A DNA stretch of 64,000 nt from positions 12,462,001 through 12,526,000 of the forward strand of contig NC_081331.1 of NCBI RefSeq assembly GCF_022539665.2. Reading direction: 5' to 3'. The position numbers and the translations under genes were made by a program. The notes under the pieces are model-generated. The model was not told the DNA's origin and ran no database searches. It saw only the letters and a program-made list of their open reading frames with translations. The DNA comes from Daphnia carinata. Taxonomy: Eukaryota. Numbering within the stretch: position 1 is the stretch's first letter; every line of letters starts with the position of its first letter. This document shows, one piece after another, positions 1-40,500 of the stretch.

Positions 1-56
1 CTATCGGCCCAGCGGCTAAGGCCCAACAGGCTTTCAATGCTGACGCAATGCGCAAA
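1..56 (+). CDS. 3' end of a candidate upstream coding exon truncated by the window edge, possibly an alternative DYRK 5' exon
   Basis: GC-rich open frame IGPAAKAQQAFNADAMRK ending AAA|GTAAAA in phase 0, followed by AT-rich intron-like sequence. Confidence 0.4.
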
Positions 57-3000
57 GTAAAAAAAAAAATTAATGAAAATGCAAATTCAATATTTTGGAA
101 CTTGAAACAAAAGTGAATTGGGGGAAAAAAAAAAGAGTGAACATTTCCAGGTATATTTATGGTTTTCTTGCGTTGTGACATGTTTCGGTTTGTTAACCGT
201 TCGGCTAACGGCAAAAATCATTAAACGTCCTTAACTGTTACTTTTTTTTTTCCATAAACATCTTCATAAGTACTTTTTCCTTGGTTTTCCCTTGTCTATT
301 AGATGCGACATTTTGTTGAGGACTCTTTTCTTTACGTCATCATCTGTGCAGCGTGAATTCTTTTTTTAGCCGAAAATTTACATACTGTGATTTGTTTTTT
401 AACGTCGGCCCATTTTTACGATGGCGACGTGTATACGAAAAAAAAAAAAAAAGAAAAATGGGGAAAAGAAGACGAAGAGAGGAGGGCGGGCTGGCCGCTC
501 TCGTTGACATCGAAGTGAAATCGCAAGAGAGGCTAACGTCTTTTTGTGTATAACAAACCGGCGTTCATTGATGGAACGAGCCACGCTAACTCGCCGTTAT
601 ATTAAGTACGCCACATACTCACAGACACGAGGAAGAAAAGAAAAAAAAAAAAAAAACCCTGAATAACCAATATGTTGTGTGCATATTGTTTTCTCTTTTT
701 TTTTTTTTTTTATGTGTTGAATTTTTCCGCTGTGGGGGCGGAGACTCGTACATAACGGAACGATGAATTCCACGATCGTATAGTCATTCATCTTGTCAAT
801 TGTTTGTCGCTGTTTTTTGCTTCCCCATTTCTTTTTTCAAACATCGTTTGGAAACAATCCGCACATAATCCTTATTTTATTTTTTTTTTTCTTTCAACGT
901 CTCCACCCCCGTCAGCATAATAAATTAAATGGGGGGAACCAAACAGAAAAAAGAATGCAACGCTGGTAGTTTTTCATGTGCGGTCAATCTCGTTTCCACC
1001 CCGTACACAGTTACACGCGTATCCCGTAGCTCTGCGTGACTGTTAACTATTTTTATGTCCCTCTGATCGGAATGTTTTTTCTTTCCCCCAATTTAATTTT
1101 TTTTTTTTTTTACTGTTCGATTCCCATCAGATAATTTTTAATTAGTTTCCTCTCTTTCAAGCCAAAAACTGTGCGCGTGTGTCAACTGGACTTTTCTTTC
1201 TGATCGTCGTGCTCCTGCGTGTGAAACATGAAAAAAAAAAAGAGCACGATTGCAAAGGGGAGGCATTCCGGTCGGTGAAAAGTGTCAACTTTTGGGCAAG
1301 CACGCGTGTTACAAAAATGCGGTTATTTCCTATACATGGTGTACGGTCGTCCCATGAAAGTCGTTTGAAAACTGTGTTCTAGATCTTCTTCGTTTCTCCT
1401 CTCGTTTACATGTATGCGTGATGAGCAAAAAGGGTGTAAGGTGGAGTTTGAAGCGTCACAAGTTCTGAAAAGAAATGAATAAAAATACGAGGAGGTATAC
1501 AAAAAAAAAAACAGCCAACTGGAGCGCGATAAGACATTTTCGACCGCGGAATTTTCTCTTCTCTATAATGTATTCCCATTTCTCGTCTTGCCACTATCCA
1601 TTTTGGAGTCATTGCATTTTCTAATTTGTAAGAATTCTTTTGGGTTTTTTTTTTTCCCTACCCGTTACGGATGAACCCATGCCACATATACTGTATAACC
1701 TTTTTTCTTTTAGTGAATAATATTTTTTTTTTCCTGCTATGTACCATGAACGTGGTGACCGATAGAACGCAACGAGAGATTAGAAATTTAAAAAAGAAAA
1801 AATGAAAGACCAGTTTTCTGGACTTCGACCTGTTGAAAAAACACACCACGTATAGCCGGTCGCTGAACTCGTCTCTTCTTCTTTTGTTTTTTTGTTTTTT
1901 TTTTTAGTTTTGCTTCTTCAACAGCCCACGGGCTGTCGGTGTAAGCTGTTCTTCCGGTTTTTTTTCTACATGTTTCTCCTACTGCTAACGTTCCACAGTT
2001 TGTTTTTCTTTTCGCCTATTTTTTTTTTTTAAGAAGAAAAAACCTTCCCTCCCATCTCATAAGAGAAACATAATATAAATTAAAAACACAGAAAACAAAC
2101 AACGGTCGTTAAAAGACCCGATGTCGGGTGCCATTCCTGTTTTTCTTCCTCAGTTTCTCCGTTTTTCACGTTCTGTAGTGCCGCCTTTGCGTTGAGACCA
2201 GAACAAAAAAAAAAAATAAAAAAAATAAAAAAAAATAGAAAAAGACATGCCGGACGTAGACCCAACTGTCTGACAGATTATTTTGTTGTTTATGTGAAGA
2301 CTGCGGGTATTAAATACCACACACAAAAAAAAAAGTCCGGCTCGTCCTTTTTTTCTTGGCTCTTGTAAAGAGAGAGAAAGAGAGCCGTGACTACAATTTT
2401 TGTTGTTGCCGTCCTGCTATTTAAACAAATAAAAACAAAAACTTTTCTTTAATTGATGGCTTTGCCTGTGTTTTATTATTTTTTTCTTCTGTTTTATTTT
2501 TTTAAACTGTCCTTGTTTTTTTTGTTTTTTAAAGAGTTTCTATCTGGCAATGAGTTAGCTCTATCGATGATGACAAAGCGAATAATTCGTCTCCGCAAAT
2601 CTTTTAAAAAGTAATTATTTTTTCCCCTAAATATTCACATACAATAGTATAAAAAAAAACAAAAAACAGCAACAACATGTAAGCAAGCCTGCCCTACATC
2701 CGCGCTGCGGCCCTCAGCGCATAGAAAGGTAAAAACAAAAATAGAGAGTCCGCTAAAGGTGTAGCGCGTCTCTTACAAAATCGCAGATTTTGCTGGGTGC
2801 CGCTAATTATTATTTTTTTTCATCGCAATCCCATGGATAAGAAAAAAAAAAAAAAGAAAAAATAAACGTTACAACAGAATTTTTCATAACGCAGAATGAA
2901 CGAACTATGTGTTGCATTACGTAGCAACTGCAACTGTCGAGTGAGTCTGCCGGCCAAAGTCTACCGTGCTTTTTATTTCTGCTTGTGGCAATATGGGAGG

Positions 3001-3144
3001 AGCCCGAAACACCCACTTTTTTTTTTGTGTGTGTGTTCCAGCAACACATACAAACCGAATGGGTAAAAGGAAGAAAAAAAGAAAAAAAAAGGGGTGGAGG
3101 AAAGGAGAAACTAGCTGCTAGTGTACAGGTAGTTTTTTTTTCTT

Positions 3145-3150
3145 TCAGTC
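3145..3150 (+). promoter_or_regulatory. Candidate initiator (TCAGTC) for the long DYRK transcript
   Basis: Matches the arthropod Inr consensus TCAGTY ~680 nt upstream of ATG 3827; motif match only. Confidence 0.3.
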
Positions 3151-3364
3151 TATAGCCGAACGTAGTGGAAAAAGAAGCAGACAGTTGAGAGCCAACGGCT
3201 CAACAGTCAACATCTCTTCGGCAGTCAGCAGTATTTTGAAAAATAGAACCATCCACGTCTAGCGCCACTGTTTGTTTGTTTTTTTTCATTTGGGACTCCT
3301 CTCCTTTTTTTTTTTTTTGAAATATATAAAAAGGACATTTACATTATCGAATTGTTGTGCGCGC

Positions 3365-3390
3365 TGTGTGTGTGTGTGTGTGTGTGTGTG
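3365..3390. repeat. (TG)13 microsatellite
   Basis: Read directly from sequence. Confidence 0.95.
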
Positions 3391-3826
3391 TCTCCCTGAC
3401 AAATTTTGCCTTTGCTTTTTATTTTCCAGTTCTTCTTTACGTAGAAGAAGAAATTTGGAAAACAAACAATCGTCGTGAAAGTGAATCGACTCACCGATGA
3501 AATTGAAACGTTGACGAAACTTTTATTTTTTTTTATTAAGTTTCTTGTTCCGGGAAAAAAATTTGAAGAAAAAACAAAAAAATGAGTCCTATAGTTTGGA
3601 CCGATAGTGAAGAATCGTAGGAAATTTTCGATTGTTTTGTTTTGTCTTTCCTTGATTGTGCGCTAACGAGCGGAACTGGCCAGTAAAAAAAAAAAATTCT
3701 TGATTTTGTTCGTGCGTTCGGGTTCAGTCACGCAAATAGAACAAGAAAAAGAAGCAAAAAATAGAAACAAGAAAAAGAACAAAAGGAAATAGAAAAAAAA
3801 AAAAAAAAAAAAATTAAATTAACGAC

Positions 3827-30809
<26,983 letters not shown>

Positions 30810-32934
30810 AACTTGTCAATATCCGCACGGGCTTCTTCTTCGTTTTCCCACCCACGTTTGTCCCTTTTGATTTCCCTGAAGATCAAGTGAAAAGGGAATG
30901 ACACGTACAGAGAAGGCATATGCAGAGAGAGTGGGCGAGAGAGAGGAGAAAGGGTTACAGGATGTTGTGAATGACCAACGCCCTTGCACCGCATCCCCTC
31001 GGTCGTGATTATTCCTACCCCCGATGTTGTCTGTATGACATTTTCTTTTGCGTCGTTAAAACAAATTTCACTATATAACAGGAAATCTCTCACTCTCTCT
31101 CCCCCCTTCTTTTGGTCGAATTGGTTGCGCACGGATGATGGTCTGTCGTGTAACACCAATATTCTTCTCTCTTTCTCGCTCTCTTGCTCGACTTTTTTAT
31201 CCTTTTTTTTTTCTGGGACCTAAATGGATGTTGCAATGATACTATTCACGTCGTTGGCTCCAAAAGGATCGTGCGTACGTACATGAAAAGGGGAACAAAA
31301 GAAAGAAAAAAAAAGTCTGTTGAATCTTTTTTTTAAACATACTAAACATTCAAAAATGGCAGAAATGTGGTGCGTATGTTTCCCATTATTCGTTTGGAGA
31401 AAATGCATAACCTAGAAGTTCTTGCAACAGCTCCTAAAATGAGATTATTTGGATGGGGGGAGGGTAGCTCTAGCGACTGTTTGATCCGACCGATTTTTAA
31501 GAAATGTTTTAAGAGATAGGAATAATCGCTGAACATTCCAATCTGACAGAAAGAGAACATCTCTCTCCTTTCAGCCGATTTTGGGATTTTTTCTCGCGAC
31601 ATTGTTGTTTGTATATCTTTGGTCTAACATCGCAGTTCCAAGACCCGCATCCTTCCTTCAGTGAATGTTATAGCCTTATTGTGAAATTTAATTCGACAAA
31701 CCGGCGCTGGTCGACCGTCCGTCGGCCAGGATTTTCCTTTTCCTTCTTAACTTGGACTTGCATTTTTCCATTTCTTTTAAGTCTTGTTTCAAATTGTAAT
31801 TTCGTTTTTGTTCTCTTGAAATATTTCATGGGAACAGACGTTTGAAAAACGACTCTCGCCTCTTCCAAATTCCCAATAACACACTGAATCTTTTCAGTTC
31901 TGCGTCATTCTTGCACTGATTGCATTGCGAACATGCAAAACGCTACGTATGCAAAACGAGACATGAAAAGGGAGGTATAAACCCTTGCAACTTGTTCAAG
32001 ATTTCCCAGAAGATTGACATTTTTGTTTGTGCTCTTTGATATTATATTTTATTTGGACTTTTGCAATCCCCTACCCTTCCGTTCCATCTTATAATATCGT
32101 CATTTTCTTTGATTCACCTGATCCCCCTTCATTTTTCTTACTGGGCCAACCTGTCTCCCAATCAAACTTTCTCTATTTGATTCCTCGTATATCTTCGCAT
32201 CGCCCTTTTCGATCAAATTCAAAGGCCCCCCCCCCTCCCCGCCCTAAAAAGGTCTCGAGATCAATCGTTTTGGGCTTTGACTTTGATGTTCTATGCATCG
32301 GTTCTTCCCAAAATCCTTTTCGTCTCCAAACATTTGATGAATTTTGGCAATTCATGTCTTCTTCAATCGATTATGTCATGATACTTTTTTTTTTATTATT
32401 ATTATTATCGGAACAGCTTCTACGGTGCGTTCGAGTCATTCTTGGCAATTAACCCCCCCAAAAAAAGTTAATCATTCCCGATGAAGAACCAAACAAAAAA
32501 ATTTAACAACACAGAGACACAAAACGTATGTGCAGTAAAAAAAAATTAGATCGTGGAACAATTTCGTCCCTAACATGAAAAGGAAGACAAATTGAATCCA
32601 TTTTTTGGGCGATTCCTGATCAAGGATACAATCCATAAATTCCAATTTACAAAACTATCCACCCCCCAGCCTCCATAGACTTCATTTTTTTTTGACAACC
32701 AAAATTTCTATAGAATCTTTATATATATATGTATACAAATATATATTATAAATATATACCTATATGCGTGTTTCATTTCAAAACCTCTTGGGACGATATC
32801 AAACGACGTTGTCATTACATATACATTTGTTTTTTCAACTCTCTCTTATCTAATGCCACGCCTGACAAAACACCAACAGATATATCAATTTACTCGTACG
32901 TTGGATTTTATTCACCCAATACCTGAACATTAGG

Positions 32935-33050
32935 AATAAAAAATAAACAAAAAAAAACAAAAGTGAAACAAAACAAACCGAGTCTCGTCTCGGTCGTGAA
33001 CGCTCCTACTCCGAATATCAATCTGAATCAATTCTAGAAAGGGGAATAAA
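32935..33050 (+). terminator. Candidate DYRK polyadenylation signals (AATAAA at 32935 and 33045)
   Basis: AATAAA hexamers at the end of ~2.2 kb of AU-rich 3'UTR-like sequence, with a T-rich tract near 33123. Confidence 0.4.
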
Positions 33051-33965
33051 ACAAAAATAATAATATAAACAAGAACATGTATATGTAAACTATGTATTCC
33101 TCCTTCCGTACTAAACACTGCGTTTTTTTTTATTTGTTCCCAGTTTATATCTATTTAGACCTCCGTTTGCTAAAGCTCGTTTACATCGGTGAATCAAGAA
33201 AAGTAAAACAAAAAACACTTTGTTAAATGACTCCCGCTGAAACCGTGTCACGGCCAAGTGTCTTTTCCCGATTAGAAGAGCCTGCGTGTTTGTTTAAAAC
33301 GTGTGAATATCCCGTATTTCTCTGATCCTATTCAAAGGATCTTACACCAACTCATATCTTTTAAACAGAAAAATGTGTGCAATATTCATCTGTTTGTTGT
33401 TATGTTCCCTCTGTTGCGGAGATTACGAGTGAGTAATAAGCCCCAACCTTTTAATTATCCACAACCAAACCAACAAAATTATTGAGGAAAACAAAAACAA
33501 AATGCGTGTGTAGTGCTCCCAAGTATGTTACGAAACGTTTGTCTTTGCGCAAGTGTGTGTGTCTACTTGTGTATAGCACTATATCGTTATTAGGAGAGTG
33601 ATGTGTGAGTTGTGAAAAGTACATGAGCGTTATTCCTGGTCGAACGCGATTCAGTTTTTTCTCCTTCTTTAAACGAGGCACTTGAGCGTGTCCCCCAAAA
33701 GACGAAATTCGGTAGAACGCGGATGTCATAATGGGTAAGTAATGCGTGGCCGGCGTAAACGAAAACGAAGTAAAATTCAATCGAGTTGGAAAAACGCAAA
33801 GACACAAGAAGAGGTTAACAAGAAGTCTATTCTGGGAATACGTGCTGCTCCCATGGCAACCGCACTTAATTTGTGGGCTTATTTCGTTCTCTCTTTCTTA
33901 TATTAGCACATCACAAAGTATCCAAAATATCTGCCATTGATGTGCCCATTTGTTTCCTGTCAAAG

Positions 33966-35434
33966 GTTTTGACATAGAACGAGAACGATGCAACTGTACA
34001 CAGCCAAAATTCAGGTTTGGGAAGGATCGATTACTTGAGACATTCCATAATGAATATTCAGCGTCTATTTGGAAAGCGAACGGAACATTGACAAAAGGAA
34101 TACAAATAATGCATTTCAGGAAAATGTATTTGACGTTCTTTCATCACAGGTATTTTCACAATAATCTACCTTGGATTTCGCCCTAATTTCTCCATTTGTT
34201 TCACAGGTGTTTCACGTTTGAAGCGCAAGGCCAGACACATGTGAAAAATTCAAGAGTTTCTCGGTCAAGGACTTGGTTTTTCGAAAAGGAGATTAACCAG
34301 TTCGAAGCCATTCAACAGCATTTTGTAAGTTCGATTTCACAAATTCTCTCGTACTAAAAACCCGCATTTTCGAACTATACATCGTTCGTTGCAGTTTGAC
34401 ACTTGGATGACGCAGTACGAACGGTTTCACAATACACTATACATAGCGGAAGCTGTTTTAATGACAGTTGACGGTGTGTCCATAACGTAATAAAACGACT
34501 TCTACCGTTTCCACGGCACGCAAGTAGCTGAATGGTATAGCCTCTTGTACATCTATAATCATTACCAACGTAGGAAGGAGGCCAGTTATTTCCTCTCGAC
34601 CGATCACATCAGCGTTATAGCGGTACTGCCACTTAACAAGGTATACACCTTTATTGCCAAGTTTTCTCTCCCATATATAGTCTTGTCCAATCGATGTGGC
34701 TCCCATTACACGGGCTCCAAATTCGACTCGGTTGCTCGGTTGCCAAGATGGAACCATGCTTCCTAAAGAATTCAGTCGTCCAGTATCTAATTTATTTATT
34801 TTTCTCGGCCTGTATATTCTAGAAGTCATTCACCCGTTTCAAAACGAGAGAGGAACACGCGTGGTAAGAGCGGCTTGTTTTACGGAGCATTGCAAGATCA
34901 AATTGAACCGGTGCGCTGGACTATGAGCTGTCTCAGTCGTCAAACAGCAATTCCCGAATGGCCGTGACGTCGTTGGATTTTTATGACATTAAGAGACTCG
35001 AGCACTAGAAACAGCCGGCTGTCGTCCAGAAAAATGGCTTCTGTCTAGTGCACTGAAAAATAAAAGATATTTTTAAAATGAAGGGTTGCTACTTCGGATA
35101 TTATCGTCTTCTGGCAAAGTACACTACTACGGTCTACCTCATTTTTATTCTTTAAAAAATGTTTCTGATGACACAGTCTGGCTAATTCGATTAGTAATGA
35201 TTGCGACGACGAGGTTGCAGCGATACGTTGAAATTATTGGCGAACTTGGCTTCGCGGAAATAGTATAGGAACTAACCAATGAGGTGCGCATATGTATTAT
35301 GCATATTATGCCGCGTCGTTTGAGCTTTTATATAACTCCGTTTCGCTCGCTGACGTATCGATTGCAATAACGAAGGCTGAATATTTGCTAAGACCGAGCG
35401 GATGCGAATCAACAAGGAGTAGGGAACACGGCTG
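33966..35434 (+). pseudogene. Cryptic small-exon gene or pseudogene of unknown product
   Basis: Best-supported introns are 34150..34206 (CTAAT branch, tttcacag) and 34325..34394 (GTAAGT...ttgcag), joining open frames ...FFHHR/CFTFEAQ...QQHF/FDTWMTQYERFHNTLY. Weaker 40-87 nt introns and in-frame stops follow downstream. Confidence 0.4.
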
Positions 35435-36235
35435 ATGCTGAACGAAATAATGATGAATTGATGCCCACTTTTCTAAGCGTATGAAACAGCTGTTAGCTTG
35501 GGAGTCTTCAGCGATACGACTTCTTATTCTAACTCGAACGGTGTCAACCAACTGTTATCTTTTGTTCTTAATCATTTTCTGACACCAAACTGGAGTCTCC
35601 TTACGAACATAATGGTTTGATGCGCAAAAATGGGGCACTTGAGTTAAGGGGAAGGACCTGTTTAAAAGGCTCGTAAAAGACGTTATGGCGAATACCAAAA
35701 AAGCGAAAACCCCTCACAATCACGTGTTATAATCATCCAATTTGGGAGACATCCTTGACATATAGCAAACCAGGAAGTAGCATGACAAGGACAGCGTAAA
35801 CCACGAGTGAAAGTACGCAAATTTGTTCATCTCACGAGGATGCAGCATGATTGGCTTTCCATATTATCGCGTTCTTAATTAAATTTCGATGAAAACGGAT
35901 TGTATTTACGGTAGGCAGAGTACTTTTGAGTGAAGTGCAACTTTTGCATGCCAAACCAGCATCAGGGCGATTGTAAATGAAACGTATTACAAGCTGTTCT
36001 GCATTTTCCTCTGTTATGTGACATCGTGAAAATGGTCCTCGGAAGCGGACATCATTATTGAATCTTACCTTATTTATAACGTCTACAAAAAAAGAAAATT
36101 CATTTTTAGTTCCATCGCAATTCAATGGTAACCCATTTTGGCTGTTGGTTAGAGGTAGAAAGAATGACTCAGAAAGCGGTGCAATGAAATTGTAATGAAT
36201 CGTTTCTTTAGTCGTTCTTGCGGCCAGAAACAATT

Positions 36236-36241
36236 TTTATT
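36236..36241 (-). terminator. Candidate STAC-like polyadenylation signal
   Basis: AATAAA on the minus strand ~1.2 kb past the stop codon; motif match only. Confidence 0.25.
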
Positions 36242-37467
36242 GCGGAAACCTATTTGGTGCTGGCCACACAATTAACTTAAAGAGAAGTATACTTCAACTT
36301 AGCTTATCAATAAAAATGTATTTGCATACAGTGGCAAATTAATTAAATACGTACACTCTTGCAAAATCGTTTCCGGCTAGATGGGCAACGGATGCTGTGC
36401 CTTTCAAATTCTGTACCTCAGCCGTGCAAAATAAGGACATACCGGGCTGTGTTTTCACGAATTCACGATCTATACACCATCTACCTCCGTTGCTTTACAC
36501 TTCGTTCATGCCTTGCTCTATGCGTTCACGTTCTGCCGGTAAGCTCCGCTTACCACGTCATGGCAAATCACGACAAAGTTTTCGTTTTCATTTGGTTTCT
36601 ATTCTCCCTGATAGCCAATTTTAGTTTTAAATGCTTATTACTGGTATAAAGTACTGCAGGAATAAATTTTTTTATATATATTTGCTCAGGGCTGCTGATC
36701 GGAGCAATGGGGTAAGAACACAGTGCGTGATTGGACGAGAACGAACAAAGACATGGAAATAGGTATATAAGGGCGACTTAGTGTACAAGATCACTCTCAA
36801 CGTGTGGGGAGAGGGCTCATATTAATCAATTTAGCTTCTACCTTGCCATTACATGGTCACAGTCAAAGGGATGAGGCGTTTGTCAAATTATAAAGGCTGG
36901 ATCGGTTTTAATAGGATTGGACTAGGAGGTATAACTGTCTTATGGTACGATGAACATCTATGATATAACAGGTAATATAGGTTTTGTAAATTACATTTTG
37001 GTGCTCTGAGGGCAATGTGTTTAAAACAACGAATATTTCCTAAAAGAAATTAAGGGCAAAGACTCAGGTTGGAAGGGGGGGGGATAAAGTTCCAGAATGT
37101 TGCCATTGACTTCGTGAATAAAGGAACTTTTAATTTTTTACGTGAAATTTGATTAGGATGGAAATTGCGGGTAAAGCAACATAATAAATTAGTGAGTTAC
37201 TTTCGAAACGCAGCGTCATGTTCGCTAACAAATTTCTCCATCAAATTGAAGATATCCGTTACTGGGGAATACTGCCTCCCGTTAGCATGTCACCTTGTCC
37301 CGCGTCGATAGAACAATTCCAAACAAAATCAACCAGTTTCTTATACATTTCCAATATATAATTTTTCTTTTGCTTCTGCCACTACGGTCTAAACGAGTCA
37401 TGGTATGGAAATAAAACTGGTTTCGTGTGCAGATTTCATTTTTTCTACGAGTTTATCTTTGATTCTT

Positions 37468-37569
37468 TCAAACTTCTTGTAAATATTGAGTTGGGCAGGA
37501 TCCTTGTTTATTGTCACCATTGCGAACAGTGATCATCCCGTTCTGCTCTTCGCCAATTTGTATCACAAT
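37468..37569 (-). CDS. Stacl: STAC-like exon 16 (end of SH3-2, stop TGA)
   Basis: IVIQIGEEQNGMITVRNGDNKQGSCPTQYLQEV*; gcag acceptor. Confidence 0.92.
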   Translation of the reverse strand: MVIQIGEEQNGMITVRNGDNKQGSCPTQYLQEV

Positions 37570-40500
37570 CTGCAGTTTTAAAAATGAAAGAACAATTAAA
37601 AACACAATAACAATGAGATTTGATTCGCCAACATGAACCTACCTGATCCCGTAGTAATTTGGTGAGACGATTCGGATCGGAATCTGTCGCGTCGTCGTTG
37701 CCTCCGAGTTGCAAGTTGTGCGTCACCTGAAGTGGTTTCTCGTTGGGCGCCAATTTGGCCACGTATTTTGATGGGAAGAAGCCAATCTTTCCCAAACACT
37801 TTCCTCGCCACCAGTCGGGATCGCTTGCATCGATCACTGTCACCTTGTAGCCAGCCCTATTTCATCGAATTCAATCATCAAACAATGTCAATGAATCAAT
37901 AATGGGGTCACATACTATAAGCCTTTGTTAGTAAACTAAAAAATGATAATTACTTGAGATCGAGTTCGTCCGCTTCTCTGCCCTTGAAATTGAAGAGGAC
38001 AACGTAGAGATTGGTGGGCAAAAGCCTCTGTGCCTTCTGTCCAGAAATTGACAGAAAAATACGATTAATCGTATTAATTGCATATATCCCCCCCCCCCAC
38101 AAAAAGAATATAAATATAATTTAAGAAAGGAATCAAATAATGCTAAATAACGCGTACGGGCGAGGGACATGGAGAAGCGCTGGCCGAGCTCTGCGATTTT
38201 TCGTTTTCGTCCGGCAATTCGACCGAGTTCATCCTTATGTTCCTTGCACTCAGCAGCAAACGGCGACTGTGGTGCACGGGACTCGAAGGAGCTGCGTGTA
38301 TAGAAAAGAGAAAAACAAAGTTTCAAACAAATCCCAACGAGTTAACATGATGGTCCTCGTACTATGAATAGAACATAACATTTATAATTTAATTTTTTTC
38401 CCTCTCAAAACCTTTCCCCATTAAAAACGTACGTGAAGCGAAGCATAACGAAAGATAGATTTCGTAAATAAAATTATGTACGTGTGATATAAAAGCATCC
38501 GCTGCAAGATATTATTATATACACTTAGATAAAGAGTTGACACACACAAAAAAAAAATACAAGAATAAAAGTAAGAAAAAAAAAACAAACAAACAAAGAG
38601 CGTAGAGAGCGGAATCAAGAGATCAAAAAGAGCCCAAGAGTCAAAAGCCAAGAACCAGTTGCGGCAGTTGCAGTAGTAGCATGCTCGAATTAGAGAGAAA
38701 AAGAGAGAGATGTATGGCGAAGACAAAGCGACTTGAAGCGCGTTTATAATTGAGCTTCATGCACGCGCGTTTTCTTTTCGCGAAAAATCGATAGTGGAAG
38801 TATGTACGCTGAATAGTTGCGTAGCGGTGGATATAGACTGGGTTAGTATGTGTTGCAGTATGTGTTACAGTTATAGCGGAGTATGGAAAATAAAACGAAC
38901 GAAAACAAACAAACAGAGGAGCGAGAGTAGGACAGAGCTAAAAACATTGGAGGAGTGTTAATGATAAGTAGTTCCAAGTAGAAGTCCTTTACAAGCCAGT
39001 TAAACAACGAAACAAAGCAAAAATAGTGGAACAACGACATGTGCAACGTAATACAATAACCAGCTCTGCGACGCGCGGAATAAACTCGCTATAATAAAAG
39101 AAAAACAGTTTAAGAAAGAGATGAAGTAAATAGATGGCGAGGAACAAGAATGACAAGTTTTCACGTTGTCGGAAATACGGTAGAATATAAGCGAGTGCTT
39201 ACATTACATACACATATACGCAACCGTAATAATAATGTGCGTTGTATAAGAAAAGGGCGTGTGGCTCAAGTGAAAGACAAGTTTAGATAACCCTGTCCAA
39301 TCAAACACAGACGACAGTAGAGGCAAGAAAAGCAAAGACAAAGAAGAACAGTACTTAACAAGACGTTCCAATTCGTTACTCGTTTACACAATAACAAGAA
39401 AGCACCCCACTTTTCTTATCCACGTCAAATACATCGATCACGCGTCTGAGTATATCGAAGCGCTGCTGCAAGTTGATTGGACTTATTGTAGACCATCTCG
39501 TTTCTTTTAAATATATGTGACGAAGGTAACGCGAGCCGTAACGAGGTAGCTACGCAAATAATTAAGAGAATTACATTGACAGTAGGACGACGCCTGACTG
39601 TTGTGAGCGCTGTTGCTGTTGAGCGTCCCGCTGCTGCTGGTCGTCGTCGCCGTCGGATTGGACGAACGGTGCTGGGTGAGACGGTGGTGACCGTGCGGAT
39701 GGCCGTGCGAATGGTGTCCGCTTCCGACGCCCATTCCGCCTCCGACGTGGTGGAAATGCTCGCCCGACTCGTCCAAAGAGAAACTCTTCATCCGCAAGTT
39801 GAGCTTCTGGTGACGGCGCGGACTGTGCGGCGCTGTGAACGAAGAGATTGGAAATGGAACATCAGCAGCACGCACGTCAGACGGAGAGACAGTGAGATTG
39901 ATGAACCCAATCAGAACAAACATGAAGGGCACATACAAAACGAAAATGGACGGCTCAATAACACGCCAACGTCTGTTACTCTATTTGCCTGCAATGTGTA
40001 CATCAATAAAAGTATGGTGGAGCATTCGGACTGGAACTCGGGAGGCTTTGGGTTTACGTTAAAAACCACGGCCATCTTCGGTCGTAATCAAAGCCACAAG
40101 TGTAGTAGTTCACCTTCCAGTTGAGAGTTGATGTCAACGGATGAACCAAAGTGGTTGAGTGCTACATTGGTTTCCTATCCTGTTCGGCAAGTGCTCCAGG
40201 CCCTACCCTGGAACCTTCCTCTGTAAACGTAACGACCTTTTCAATTTTGGTCCAATATTTGTTTTTCTTTCTCGTACAAGTTTTCAGACTTCTGGCTGAT
40301 TGACCTTTTTACAAGACAAACTTTTCCCATATGTTTGCAAAAGCAAATTCAAAAGTGGGACGCTAATCATCGTGCGTTTCACGCTAAACGAGATTGCGAT
40401 TAGTGGATGGAGTTCTTCAACTTGGGCAGATGGGAGAGCAACCGAATGAGTTAATAAAATCAAAAAAATGATTTTCAATCATGAAATATCCAACAACGAT

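Noticed and set aside
39576..40124. 182-aa plus-strand ORF
   Set aside because: Antisense shadow of STAC-like exon 12 plus intron; no recognisable protein features.
40113..40220. Possible cassette exon in STAC-like intron 11
   Set aside because: Weak poly-pyrimidine tract and stops in all three frames; insufficient support.
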